From: Squalus acanthias
Lineage: Eukaryota
Length of the DNA: 64,000 bases
NCBI GenBank assembly: GCA_030390025.1
Contig: CM059446.1
Location: 15,500,001 to 15,564,000 of the forward strand
Direction of reading: 5' to 3'
The notes below the pieces were generated by a model, which had not been told where the DNA came from, ran no database searches, and saw only the letters and a list, made by a program, of their open reading frames with translations. Below are positions 1 to 12,164 of this stretch, one piece after another. Both the position numbers and the translations under genes were made by a program. Each line of letters opens with the position of its first letter. Position 1 is the first letter of the stretch.

Positions 1-1699
1 GCCAAGGTTGACAATATTAGATTAGATTCAGTGTGTTGATGTTTCAGTTTCCTCTCGTCTTCCTAACATTTTGAGGATGTTGAAAGCCATTGTGATTAAA
101 TAGATAGCATGAGCTTTCATATTTTTTGTACATCAATAACAAGCTAGATAGCCCATTGGTGCACCATGTTGATACATTGATGTGCTGTGCAATGAGATTT
201 AGGTTCTTCCTTTTATTTTGGGAGGAACAAGTAAAGGAGGACCATTCTTTTCCGGAAAATAATGGTTTCTGATTTACAGATTTTCATCAATTGTAGCAAT
301 GCTGTTAGTTGATCAAGGACTGGCATTGGTGACTGCATATTGCCCTGGCCTTTTGCACACTCACTCAAAATATGGTCCACCCCAGTGTTAAATGCTGCTG
401 TGTGTTGATATAAACCAGAAAACAAGGTACTGATACCTAACCTGAGAATTGCTGGATGCATGGCTACCTGTTTTCTGGGAATGAGCATTGACTGTTGCTG
501 GGGGTAAATTTTGGGAATTGTCTCTATGGTGCGAGTTATCTTCCAGGCAGCAAGTTCCACTGTCTTGTAGATGGTGACAAACATTGTTTTTTGGATATGG
601 TGTTCATTACTTCATTTGGTGTACATTTTAAGTGCTTTGATACCCTAGTAGTGGGTGGAATATTTGTAAAAGCTGAATTAAAGCCAGTAGCTTGTTTTAA
701 CAGTTGAGGAACTAAGATTGCTATCATTTGCTGAGTAATGATTAGTATTTGCTGTAAAGACACTATATATTTTGTTTCTTTTTGAGTTAACCAATAAAAT
801 TATAACAATTGGTCATTCATTATTACTTTATTTGATCAATTAGATGGTGTCCTGTAAAAATGTGTTTTCTATAAACTGAGTTCAATTTACTTTTCTCAAA
901 CCAAGACACAGCCTTCCAACCTCAGATTGAAGTTTTGTAGTAATGCAATTTGTGTTTATTTCTGTCAAAAAGTAATTGCAAATGAGATGCTAAAATTAAG
1001 TAATCCTCTTAGACGCCACTTCGATTTCCATTTATACATATTTTGAATCGTCCGGGAGGAATAAACAGGCCATTTAGAGCTGCCCTGAATAGCTTGCACC
1101 AGAATTCATAGCCTTTTAATAATTTGTTATTTCTAGTAATCCTTAGATTAAATTTCACTAATTTTACCGTGATAGTGCTGATAGTCATAAATGCTAAAAT
1201 TCCTTTACTGTCCTTATTTAGAAATGGCTGGGGTGTGATAAATGGAAGGATATCTCTTACAAAGAATCTGCGTAATGCTAATTTGTGATTGCTAAATTAA
1301 TTTTTTTTAAATAACATTACAATTTTGAATCTGTGAGCAGATCTTGTTAAATAATTTACATAAGATATAATAACTTTGGGATTGGTAAATGGCCTGTTGC
1401 TAATTTGTTTGTTTTAAAATGCTGTCAACTTTTTGACTTAAATCAAAACGTTTAACTTGAAAGTTAGTCAATTTTATTGCACTCAAGTTGTAAAAGGGTA
1501 TATTAACTTCCTGTACAAACAATAAGTTAACAGAACTTGAGGTTCTAAATATAAAACCCTTTAAGATAATTTGAAGATGCAGCAATGGTGTAGCAGATTT
1601 TTATTTACATCTGTCCTTTATTGTGTTTCTTTACTAGAGATTCCTTCGTCGGTACATTGTCTATGCGTATTGAAGTGGGTATGCCTACTAATGTTTTTT

Positions 1700-2337
1700 T
1701 TAATTTGTTTATGGGATGTGGGCGTCGCTGGCAAGGCCAGCATTTATTGCCCATCCCTAATTGCCCTCGAGAAGGTGGTGGTGAGCCGCTGCCTTAAACC
1801 GCTGCAGTCCGTGCGGTGATGGTCCTCCCACAGTGCTGTTAGGGAGGGAGTTCCAGGATTTTGACCCAGTGACGATGAAGGATCGGCGATATATTTCCAA
1901 GTCAGGATGGTGTGTGACTTGGAGGGGAACTTGGAGGTGGTGGTGTTCCCATGCGCCTGCTGCCCTTGTCCTTCTAGGTGGAAGAGGTCGCGGGTTTGGG
2001 AGGTGCTGCCGAAGAAACCTTGGCGAGTTGCTGCAGTGCATCTTGTAGATGGTACACACTGCAGCCACGGTACGCCGGTGTTAGAGGGAGTGAATATTTA
2101 AGGTGGTGGATGGGGTGCCAATCAAGCGGGCTGCTTTGTCCTGGATGGTGTTGAGCTTCTTGAGTGTTGTTGGAGCTGCACTCATCCAGGCAAGTGGGGA
2201 GTATTCCATCACACTCCTTACTTGTGCCTTGTAGATGGTGGAAAGGCTTTGGGGAGTCAGGAGGTGAGACACTCGCCGCAGCCGCAGAATACCTAGCCTC
2301 TGACCTGCTCTTGTTGCCACAATATTTATGTGGCTGG
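1700..2337 (-). mobile_element. 5'-truncated non-LTR retrotransposon (CR1/L2 group), ORF2 C-terminus and 3' end
   Basis: Minus-strand peptides RAGQRLGIL..LSTIYKAQVRSVMEYSPLAW..IQDKAARLI and SKSWNSLP. The same family occurs at 14060 and 36523. Confidence 0.85.
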
Positions 2338-2461
2338 TGAACATTGCATGGTTAAACATGTTTCATCAAAAATTATTTTGTCGCAAATGGCCTTATCCAA
2401 CCAATTTGCTGTTCGTCCAAAGATAGTGGCTACTTAGATCAAAGCAACTTTCATAAATGGG

Positions 2462-2795
2462 CATAAGAGCATAAGAAATAGGAGCAGAAGTCGGCCCTAC
2501 AGCCCTTCGAGCCTGCGCCCCCATTTAATAAGATCATGGCTGATCTACCTCAACTCCACCTTCCCGCGCTATTCCCCATATCCCTTGATTCCCTTCGTAT
2601 CCAAAAATCTATCAGTCTCTGTCTTGAATGTACTCCATGACTGAGCATCCACAGTCCTCTGGGGTAGAGAATTCCAAAGATTCACAACCCTTTGAATGAA
2701 GAAATTTCTCCTCCTCTCAGTCCTAAATGGCCAATCCCTTATTCTGAGACTGTGACCCTTCGTTCTGGACTTCCCAGCCCAGGGAAACAGCTTCT
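2462..2795 (-). mobile_element. CR1 LINE 3' fragment
   Basis: Reverse complement of a CR1 ORF2 end, 3' UTR and cataaga-type tail. Confidence 0.8.
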
Positions 2796-5002
2796 TGTAT
2801 TATAATATAACATGTACTGGTTCCACTCTTTGTCCATAAGACAATATGTTCCACTATTAGTGAGCCTTTTGTTATAAATATATACCACAGGAACATACTA
2901 TTTTTCCTGTCAGTCCGCTTGTTTTCGGGTTTTTTTGGTCGGGGGTGGGGGTGGTGTATTATTTAGTCTGCTAAAGTTATCCAAAAAAAATTTGAAAAAT
3001 TCGCTTACTCGAATTAAATGTTTAAACATTTGTATCTTTAACAAAGATTGCTGATTCACAAAATCCTGTCAAAACATCAACATCAGTGCACAGAGAGAAA
3101 TGATTGTGACTTTAGTTATTTAATTGCAGTGTAAAAACAGAGGCATCATGCTAACTGAAATCTGATGTCATATTAAGAACATTAGATGTCTCCTAATGTA
3201 CTAAAGTTTTGATCTTGATGCAGTCTTGCAGATTTGTCATGATAAAATGTCAATATTGTGCTGCAAATGAAACATTTGGACCTGTGGTTCAGCTACAGTA
3301 TTCTTTGTTCAAAACAAATCATTTTCTCCTCGTGGCTAATTTGAAAATAAGACTTCTCACTACACCCATAGAAGCAAGCATTTTGACTTTAATAGTATTT
3401 TTGCCACAATATTTTACATAGTTGATCGGAATTTGCTTTTTACATCAGCTATTGCTTTAATACACTTGCTGAAAAATGTCTGCATGAAACTCTCCTGCTT
3501 TTGTGTTTGAGCTTTTGTTACCTAGCATTCTTGTCTTGGCATTGACCCCGTTGTTTACTCTATATCTGCCCTTCTCATGTCAACACAATTCTAACATACC
3601 AGTTTCCCATTTTGTAGAATTCCTTATCAAGGCATAAGTATTATTGCTGTCTCGAGGTGAAAGTTAGTAAACTGATTATGTTGAATGAACCAAGTGTCTT
3701 TTGGATATCATAGGAGGCGTAACAGGGTGCAACCAAAGACTACCGGAGCTAGAACAGATATCTAACAATTATGACTGTTGGCTGCTAGTGCTCTGCATGT
3801 CTCTGATTTCCTGTAGCATAGTACATATCCTGCCAAACCTGGTTCAGCAAATGAGCTGTGTTTATAGTTCTCTACACGTAGGAGAGGTGTCCAGGCAATA
3901 ATACTGCCGAGCTCCTCAGACAGGCGAATCAGCATGAAACTTTCACTTGTAGTCTGTGCAGTTTTTTTAAAAAAGCTTTACAACACTTAAGTGTTCTTGG
4001 CATAACCAACTAAGTCAACACAGACTGATGGTGAACCTGGGAATTTCCTGGCTGGTATAGTTCAGCTCCAAAGGTTGTAACAGGAAGGATATTTCTGAAT
4101 ACATTTCTTCATGCTGAAGCACACAACAGTTTGAATCTTGTCTAGAATATCATTAGCTGCATGCTTTTACTGGTTGAGTTATCAGCTTAGACTTGTTTTG
4201 AAGTGTTTATACTTAATACTGATTTTGTACTGAAACTCTTCTGGAAATTTCACCAGAGCATGCAGTAAATAATATTTAGATGAGATTCAAATTGTTTCTG
4301 TTTGGGCATCATAAAGAAATCTGTTCATAAATTTCCTTGAAACAGGCTTAGTTTCAGTTCACACAGATCAGTTACAACAAAACTGTCGGGATCTGGAGGT
4401 CTGAATTAGGTGATAGATTAGATGGCAGTCTGATTTTAAGATAGTGTAGGTGTTCATGGAGCATAAGTGCTGATAATGATTCATTTCCTTCAGTGATAGA
4501 CTCCCAGTAGGTCTCCATGTCAACAACTGAAATGAATTTATTGACTTTGCATTATGCTTGGTTTGCTTCACTTGATTATATCATTCAAGTGGAAATTAAG
4601 ATACCAAAATATTCCATTTCCTTTTCCATGTTTCTGTTATATAATTTCTTGTAAAGGCTTTATTAACTGCTTTTTAAAAAATTGTATCCTTGAATATCTA
4701 TATTATTAAAACTCACATGTACACATCTATAGCATCACACCTCCAAAGTGATACCTGTCTAGGGTAAAAAATTGTGCTGGACTATCAGTTAAGTATACTG
4801 ATATGCAAATATCCCATTGACTAACTGCAAAGCAAGAAAAACAGTTCCATTCTCTCGGCAAAAAGAAGAGGAACACACAAATTACTCAATCTTTTTTTTC
4901 AAACTTAGTAATTTGAAACTAACCAAGATCGTGAAGTGAACCAAATTGCTGAAATAATTTATTCCCACTGGTTTCAGCCTCCTTTTATGCATTCAGGCCA
5001 GT

Positions 5003-5291
5003 TTACAGATTTAAGGTGATTGGCAAAAGAACCAGAGGCAACATGATGGGGGGAAAAAAATTTACACAGCGAGTTGTTGTGACCTGGAATGCACAGTCTG
5101 AAAGGCTGGTGGAAGCAGATTCACTTGTAACTTTCAAAAGGGAATTGGATAAATTCTTGAAGAGAAAACATTTACAGGGCCATGGGGAAAGAGCAGAGGG
5201 AGTGGGACTAATTGAATAGCTCTCCCAAAGTGCTGGCACAGGCTCGATGGGCCAGATTGCCTCCTGTGTTGTATCATTCTATGATTCTATA
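5003..5291 (+). mobile_element. CR1 LINE 3' fragment
   Basis: Peptide FTQRVVVTWNA..VEADSLVTFKRELDKFL and an ATTCTATG-type tail. Confidence 0.85.
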
Positions 5292-5701
5292 TAGCTACAA
5301 AATTCTAACCTAAATGCAACATAATCACAGAAAATTACTAAAATTACCCCATAAAATTGTTCATTAGAAATGCCTGAAAGATATGCCTCTTTCAGCCATG
5401 GCCTTCAGCTTGAATTGGAAATTTCACCTGGGCCTTGGGTGTTGAGGATTTCCAGCTGCTACAGACTAATTCGATGTGTACTTGTGAGAGGAATGGATCA
5501 TATGAGTTGTATTTTTCACCGTATTTGATAACCTGTGACATGTTAACAAGGCAGAAAATTTACAATTAACTGGGAAGTATGGAGGCCAGAAAAGGAATCT
5601 CTCTTACGATAGCAAAATACTGCAGATGCTGGAAATCCAAAATAACAACAGAAAATGCTGGAAAAACTCAGCAGGCCAGGCAGCATCCGTGGAGAGAGAA
5701 A

Positions 5702-5743
5702 CAGAGTTAACGTTTCAGGTTGAAGACCTTTCGTCAGAACTGG
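5702..5743 (-). ncRNA. Minimal hammerhead ribozyme motif in the inverted pLTR copy
   Basis: Reverse complement reads CCAGUU-CUGACGA-A-AGGUCUUCAACCU-GAAA-CGUU-AACU, with one substitution in stem II. Confidence 0.75.
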
Positions 5744-6530
5744 AAAAAAGCAGGAAATGAAATAAATTTAAAGCAAGGATAAAGCTGGGAAAAGGGGAAG
5801 GGGATGAAAGAACAAAAGGCAAGGTCAGTGGTGGGATAGAAAAAAGGGCAACACATGCCCTTATACCTCCCCTCTCCCCACTGTCCAGGGCCCCAAACAC
5901 CCCTTCCAGGTGAAACAGCGATTTACTTGTACTTCCTGCAATTTAGTATACTGTATTCGCTGCTCACGATGTGGTCTCCTCTACATTGGGGAGACCAAAC
6001 GCAGATTGGGTGACCGCTCTGCGGAACACCTCCGTTCAGTCCGTAAGGGGGACCCCGAGCTCCCGGTGGCCTGTCACTTTAATTCTCCGCTCCACTCCCA
6101 CTCGACCTCACCGTCCTCGGCCTCTTGCATTGTTCCACGGAAGCTCAGCGTAAGCTCGAGGAACAGCACCTCATCTTTCGTTTAGGCACCCTACAGCCCT
6201 CTGGACTCAACATCGAGTTCAACAATTTCAGATCATAACCTCGGCCCCTATCACTTTTTTTTATTTTATTTTTTCATCCACCCTTTTGTTTGGCCTTTTT
6301 TTTTCCCTCCCAGAAGATGGCAGCTGTCCTTCATTCTGCTAGCCTAGTTCACACTTCATTTAGCCTCAACCTGTCACATTAACACCTCCTCTTGCCTTGA
6401 TTATCTCTTTATGTCTCTTAATCTCTCCTGCTTTCTATCCCACCACTGACCTTGCCTTTTGTTCTTTCATCCCCTCCCCCTTTTCCCAGCATTATACTTG
6501 CTTTAAATCTATTTCATTTCCTGCTTTTTT

Positions 6531-6572
6531 CCAGTTCTGACGAAAGGTCTTCGACCTGAAACGTTAACTCTG
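6531..6572 (+). ncRNA. Minimal type I hammerhead ribozyme motif in Penelope pLTR
   Basis: AGUU-CUGACGA-A-AGGUC(UUC)GACCU-GAAA-CG-UU-AACU: complete core, 5-bp stem II, palindromic loopless stem III (ACGU), 4-bp stem I. Confidence 0.8.
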
Positions 6573-7028
6573 TTTCTCTCTCCACGGATGCTGCCTGGCC
6601 TGCTGAGTTTTTCCAAGGAATCTCTCTTGTTTTTCTAGCTTTTTATACCATTAAAGCAGTCAGAGGGAAGGGGTTGCTTGATGGTCGGGAATGGATTGCG
6701 AATGTTCAGGTATGCTAGGAGCATAGTGTAGCAGGGTGGGATAAGCTGTAAACTCCAGGTCTAGGCTCCTGACTGAAGTTAGGTCCTGGATTGAGCACTC
6801 AGTTGGTCATTATTGGTAAAAAAAAATGTTTTTACATATTTGTATGCTAACCTGTTTTTACCTGGATGTGGTCAGTAGGCTCAAGAAAAAAAAATGGCAA
6901 ATGAAAAACTTTTCAAGTGCTTTGGTTATTTGATTGTGCTTGATTTACATTTCCATTCTAAGAAGTTTGCAGAAGATATAAGTTGACTTCCAGCTCATTA
7001 ACATTTAATTATGTATTTATACATAAAT

Positions 7029-7100
7029 TAGGGCTGTCAGTTAATTGCAGTGCACTCTGCAATTAATGCAGAAGTTAACGGCTATTAATTGGCAGTCCTA
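7029..7100. mobile_element. Tiny hAT-like MITE or palindrome
   Basis: Termini TAGGGCTGTCAGTTAAT and ATTAATTGGCAGTCCTA are inverted (14/17). No clean 8-bp TSD. Confidence 0.45.
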
Positions 7101-7186
7101 ATAAAGAACTTTCAATTTTGAAAACCCATTGTATTCCTCCACCCCAGCCTTTTCTGTTTTTGTAATAAAACCTCAGTTTTCTTTTG

Positions 7187-7423
7187 AACAAAAATCAAAA
7201 TACACCAGATGCTGGAAATCTGAAACAAAAACAGAACATGCTGGAGACACTCCAAGTCAGACAGCACCCGGGGAGAAAACATGAGTCAATTGGTATTTCA
7301 GGTATAAAGCTTCCCTCAGAATTTAGTGAGGTAAGATTTATACCTGAAACGTCAACTGATTCGTCTTTTCGCGACGAATGCTGCCTGAATTGCTGAGTTT
7401 CTCCAGCGTTTTCTGTTTTTGTT
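7187..7423. mobile_element. Older fold-back Penelope pLTR insertion (two inverted pLTR arms, degenerate hammerheads)
   Basis: Arms are homologous to the pLTR at 5606-5745, centred near 7322. The + arm keeps CCT-GAAA-CGTC-AACTG. Confidence 0.75.
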
Positions 7424-7429
7424 CTCAAT

Positions 7430-9410
7430 TTTTTTGGAGCCTTTCTTCATAACTCTAAACTCTCATTCATGTGAATCTTCACTGTACCATTTCATTGGGT
7501 CCAATATTCTTCCCATAATATGTTGTCCAGAACGGTACACAATACTCCAGCTGTGGCCTAACCAATCTCTTGTATCATTGCAACATCACTTCCTTGTTTT
7601 TATAGTCATTGTTCCTATATATAAGTCTCAGAATTCCATTTGTCTTTTTAAAGGCCTTTTCTACCTGTACTGCCATCTTTTAAAGATTTACATATCTGCA
7701 CTCTTGGGTCTTTCTATCTTCTACTCTAAGGCTGGAATTTTGCCAGTGCTCAGCAGACGGGATTGGTGGTGGCTCAGCAGTGAAATTTGATTTGATTGAC
7801 AGCGGGTCGGGAACCTGCTGTCAAATCATGCACACTTGCCTTTCCCAATGTCGGGTCTGCCAGTGCTGAGCAGACCTGACCGGCCGCGGCGGGGGACCTA
7901 ATTTAAACAATTGTTGACGAGCCCTTAAGAGTGAATTTAACCTTACCTTTTGACTTTAACAGCTCGCCCATGGCTTCCACGCTGCTCCTGGACCCCGTTT
8001 GTTAATCTGAGGCTGACGTTGGCCGGCCATTGATGCTACAGAGGGCATCAGCACCTGACCACATTGCTGCCCGGGAGGCCAGCGATGGCCTCACCATGGC
8101 CAGATTTGCTTCACTTGACGCTGTACACCCTGGCTGCCACATGATGCGCCAGGTTGGCACCACCCCACACCAACACCATAAAGCATCCCTACAATGTCCA
8201 AGCCATTCCTTTCACACTCACCACCATTGTGGGGGGTACCATTATGTTTTACCATTCACTGCAACTCACTAAGCCACTTCCAAAGGTGCACACAAATCTG
8301 TCCAAGAATGCAAAGTGTTGAAGATAAAGGTTTCAATGTTTGACACCATATTAACAGAAACTCTACATGAACATTGCATAAAACACCCAAATGCCTACCC
8401 TTGTGTGTTGTTAGTTGGTATGATTGCACTAGGATGAGGGTAAGTGTGAGGGGTGGCTAGTGAGATGGGGAAGTGATAATGTAGATAGAGAGGGATGGGT
8501 GGAGGTGCAAGGTAAGTTGGTGTGAGTAAGGATGTGCAGGAGTAGGGTAGGGAAGGCAGAGTGATGGGGATGTGATGAGAGGCACAGAGGTTGAGTGTGG
8601 CTTTGTACTAACATTTTGTGATCTACTGAGATCATTGAAATGTTTGCGGCACTGCACCCAGGTCCTCCTGACGACATCCCTGCTTGTGCCGCCCTCTGCA
8701 ATGTGCAACCAGGCTGTGTTGATCTCCTGGGGAGGTCTCTTCCGCCCAGGGGAAGGGAAGAGGACCTCCCTGTGTGCTGTGACTCCCTCCATAAGCAGGC
8801 TGGAGTCACAGGAGAGCCTGGGTACAGCCCTGAGTGTTTGTGTAGTCATTGTCAGTGTTTGCAGCACCTCAATGCTGTAGACCACTGACAGCAGAAATGT
8901 CAAAATAAATTTGGACATGGTCCCTTTTAAGAAAACCAGCTGATGAAGCGTCATCAAATGATGTCACCAGACCCGCTTCCTCTAATCGGCTGGGAAACTC
9001 GCTGGGCAGGCTTAACAAGCCCAATCAAGGTAAATTCATTTTACAGAGTGGGATGGAGTCACCAGCGGGGCCGCAACCTGTCACCGACCCCAACCGCCCC
9101 GGACCCTCCGAGGTCAGCAAAACCCCGGTCTAAGGTTCTTAAGTGTTCAAGGTATAATTGATTTTACTGTTCTTTCTCCCAAAATGTACTATTTCACGTT
9201 CCACTGCATTGAGCGGCATCTACCTGTCTGCCCAATCTGCTAGCCTGTTGATATCCTGGACTTTCCTGCATTCTACTCACAGCGTGCCATGTCCCAAATT
9301 TATATCATCAGCAAACTTTGATATCATTCCTCTTTTCCCTGAGTCCAAATCATTTTACACAAAAGGAAAATGAGAGATGCCAGCACAAATCCCTGTGGTT
9401 CACTATTATG
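7430..9410 (-). mobile_element. Old CR1 RT remnant split by the Harbinger insertion at 7730-9130
   Basis: The minus strand near 9305-9320 encodes KFADD, with a degenerate PQG motif near 9390. Downstream RT sequence continues at 7430-7729. Confidence 0.7.
7730..9130. mobile_element. Non-autonomous PIF/Harbinger transposon with a Myb/SANT-like gene remnant
   Basis: TAA on both flanks (7727-7729 and 9131-9133). Imperfect TIRs GGCTGGAATTTTGC and GCAAAACCCCGGTC. Minus-strand peptide LLMEGVTAHREVLFP..AWLHIAE..RRTWVQCRKHFNDL. Confidence 0.8.
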
Positions 9411-10966
9411 TAATTGCACCAACCCAAAGAATGTCCATTTGCTCTATCATTAGTAACAAAACTGCTATTACCATTGACATCCTTTTCAGTTTTTAAAATA
9501 ATTATCCTTGCAAAAGCAAATGTTTATCATTTAAATACATCACGTGTCAGTTTTTGAAGTGAGCATGATTAAAACTGAACAGATCAAAGGGAAACTGAAT
9601 CTTCTGTGGGAATTGTGTTCATGTTTCTTATTAAAAATACAGGTTTTGAAGTACAAGTGATAACACTTGGTCTCGCTATATCGTATTCATTCCACTGCAG
9701 GCTCCATACAAGTACTGATAGACAGTGAAATAACCTTTCTATCTAGCATGCTGTTCTACATATTAATTGCCTGCTCAGCAATGATCCAGAGCAGTTTTAT
9801 TCTTCTGTACTAACTGATGCAAATGATCCTGTTTAATTATTAAAACTGGCTCAGAGTATCTCTTTGGCTTGTGTAAGTTGACCTGACAACGATGTACCTT
9901 GAATACTTGGAATCAGAACCTTAGTGCTTGACCTTGTTCAAACAACTGTAATTCAATGAGTTTGCTGTCTTGTGGAGATGGAGGCAAATAGAGCAAAATA
10001 TTGTCTGTTGGCTTCAGTCAGCTGTACAAGAGCTCTGTAATGCAGGATGTAATCGTGTCAATAAATAGCAAAGTGCTGAAGGATCAACAAGCTTTCCACT
10101 GGAATTAAATGTTTTCACTTTGTTGTCATTGAGAGAAAACATTTAGGCTATACATAATGTGAGAGTCAAAACCTGAGAAAAATCACATCCGTTACTGTCA
10201 TTTGGGAAATTTCTGTTCCCATTTCAAATTAGCTGTTGTGATTTAAAAATAGGGTTTTTTAACGTTTGGTTATATATCTGATTTTAAATAGTGTAACTCT
10301 TTATAAACGTGGCATCAGCTATGCCCCTGGGATGTCTGTATGAAATTTCCTTTCTTCTGTGACAAAGTTGATCTGTAAGGGCCGATCCACTGGCTGCATT
10401 GCAGTTTATTCCTTGTGTATGTATTCAACGTGAATGTCTGTCTGTCGTGAATATGTTTTTGTTTCATATCTATGTCCAAATGCTCCAAAATCCAGTCTGT
10501 TTATTTCCATTGAATCCTTCTCGGGACAGCTTTTATGAACTAATCTTAATGGTAATGCTCTAATAGTGTAATTTCTAACCAGTGCCAATATTATAACCAG
10601 TTTATTTGAATAGGTTTACTGTAGTGTTTGTTTTTGTGGATACTATTTGTCCTTCTTCAAAGCAAATGTTTCTACAGCAAAATGATCCAACTTGTAAATA
10701 TCAGGCCAAGCAGTCATTCTTTAGTTTGCCTCTATACACTGAGGGGGCTACTGTAACTAAGAATCACTAGAATTTCTGCCAAGAGAAATTGTAGAATATT
10801 TTAACAGTCATCTCAGTTTGTATGTAGTTTAACTGAATTGTTGAAACTTCTGTTAAACTATATCGTCTTGTATGATACATTTTAAACCCCTTTGTTGTTG
10901 TTCTGTATGAAAGGTGAACTTAGCTGTTCATTCTGTGTGAGGTGCATATTTTAACTTGAACTTGAT

Positions 10967-11715
10967 GGCCCAGAATTTGCTGGGAAAATAACAGCAAGTT
11001 AAATGTGCATACCGTTATTAATGTGTAAATAACTCAGCAATTTGTGGCAAGGAAGAGAAACCCCATGAGTTGTGAATAGTCACAAATTGCTGGACGATTT
11101 GCACCATTCCGCTGTTAGTATTGTAAAAACCGGAGCTCGCCCTCAACCTCCCCGTGAGTTTCAAGAAATTGCTGCATTTGCGCTGTTAAATCGAATTAAA
11201 CTCGCCGCAGAAAGTTAGGGCAGGTACTTAACAACATAAGTACCCCTTTTAATGGCAAGATTTATGTTCCTGCAATGACACTCGACCTCGGAGGCCCAGA
11301 AAGGGAGCAGTTGAAACAGTGGAGTCTCCTGCAGGTAGTAAATTGTTCTTGGAGGTATTTAAAATATAAACTTTTAAAAAAACATTTTCTTGCTTTTCAT
11401 TTTTGTCTGTGTCTCTGTCTGTTTGTCTCTCTCTCTCTCTTAATCCAATCTTTCTTTCCCTCTCATCATTTTTCTCTCTCTATCTAATTTCCCTCTTAAT
11501 TTACCCTATTTACTTTTCTGTCATTCCTCTGTTTCTTTATCCTTAAATCTCATTGGTTAAGGAGACAGATTGTTGGTCCTATCATTCACCAAGGTCCCAG
11601 ATGAATCGTTGACCTTGCACTTCCAGCACTTTGTGTTGCAAATTTTTTTCGAACTGCAGGGTGAGGAAAAAAATCCAACCCACAGGGCATGCCCCACAAC
11701 AGCAAATTCCGGGCC
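10967..11715. mobile_element. Non-autonomous DNA transposon (MITE), probably Harbinger-related
   Basis: TIRs GGCCCAGAATTTGCTG and CAGCAAATTCCGGGCC (15/16). No ORF; TSD ambiguous. Confidence 0.75.
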
Positions 11716-12164
11716 ATTGTTTTTTTTCAGTTGAAAACTGCACTGCTGCAACTATTTTTGAACCTGCCTTCATGGTGAATCAAATGTGTCTCCAAATACT
11801 TATCTGAAATTCCTCTAGAAATTATTTTTGCATGACAGAGCTGGTGGGCTCAGTTACACAATATTACACTATTATCTGATTTACTGTTTTCCAAGACCTT
11901 AAACTCATGCATACTTCTGGTCTATGGCCTATTGTGGAAAAACTTATATTGTTGTAGAATGAAGCACAAGTTATTTCTTACAGTTTAGCTATTGCATTAA
12001 AATATGTTTCAGTCATTAAGGGATAGAGTGAAGTCTCAGTCCTGGAAAAGCTTGTAGGAGAGTAGAGATCTGAGAACTTGTGTCTTCCAAATACAAGCAG
12101 TAGCTGCCTATTTAAAAGTTGAAAAGAATGCACCCCTTCTGTATCAGTTAGTAATGTGAACTCT

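Larger units (their letters stand above)
5606..6614. mobile_element. Penelope-like element: inverted pLTR, GIY-YIG endonuclease remnant, pLTR, with a 14-bp TSD
   Basis: TSD aaggaatctctctt at 5592-5605 and 6615-6628. GIY-YIG peptide FTCTSCNLVYCIRCSRCGLLYIGETKRRLGDRSAEH on + (frameshifted near 6103). About 5660-5843 is an inverted repeat of about 6432-6614. Confidence 0.92.

Noticed and set aside
8457-8957. Host MSANTD/NAIF1-like gene
   Set aside because: It lies within TIRs and TAA flanks and appears degenerate, so it is a transposon remnant.
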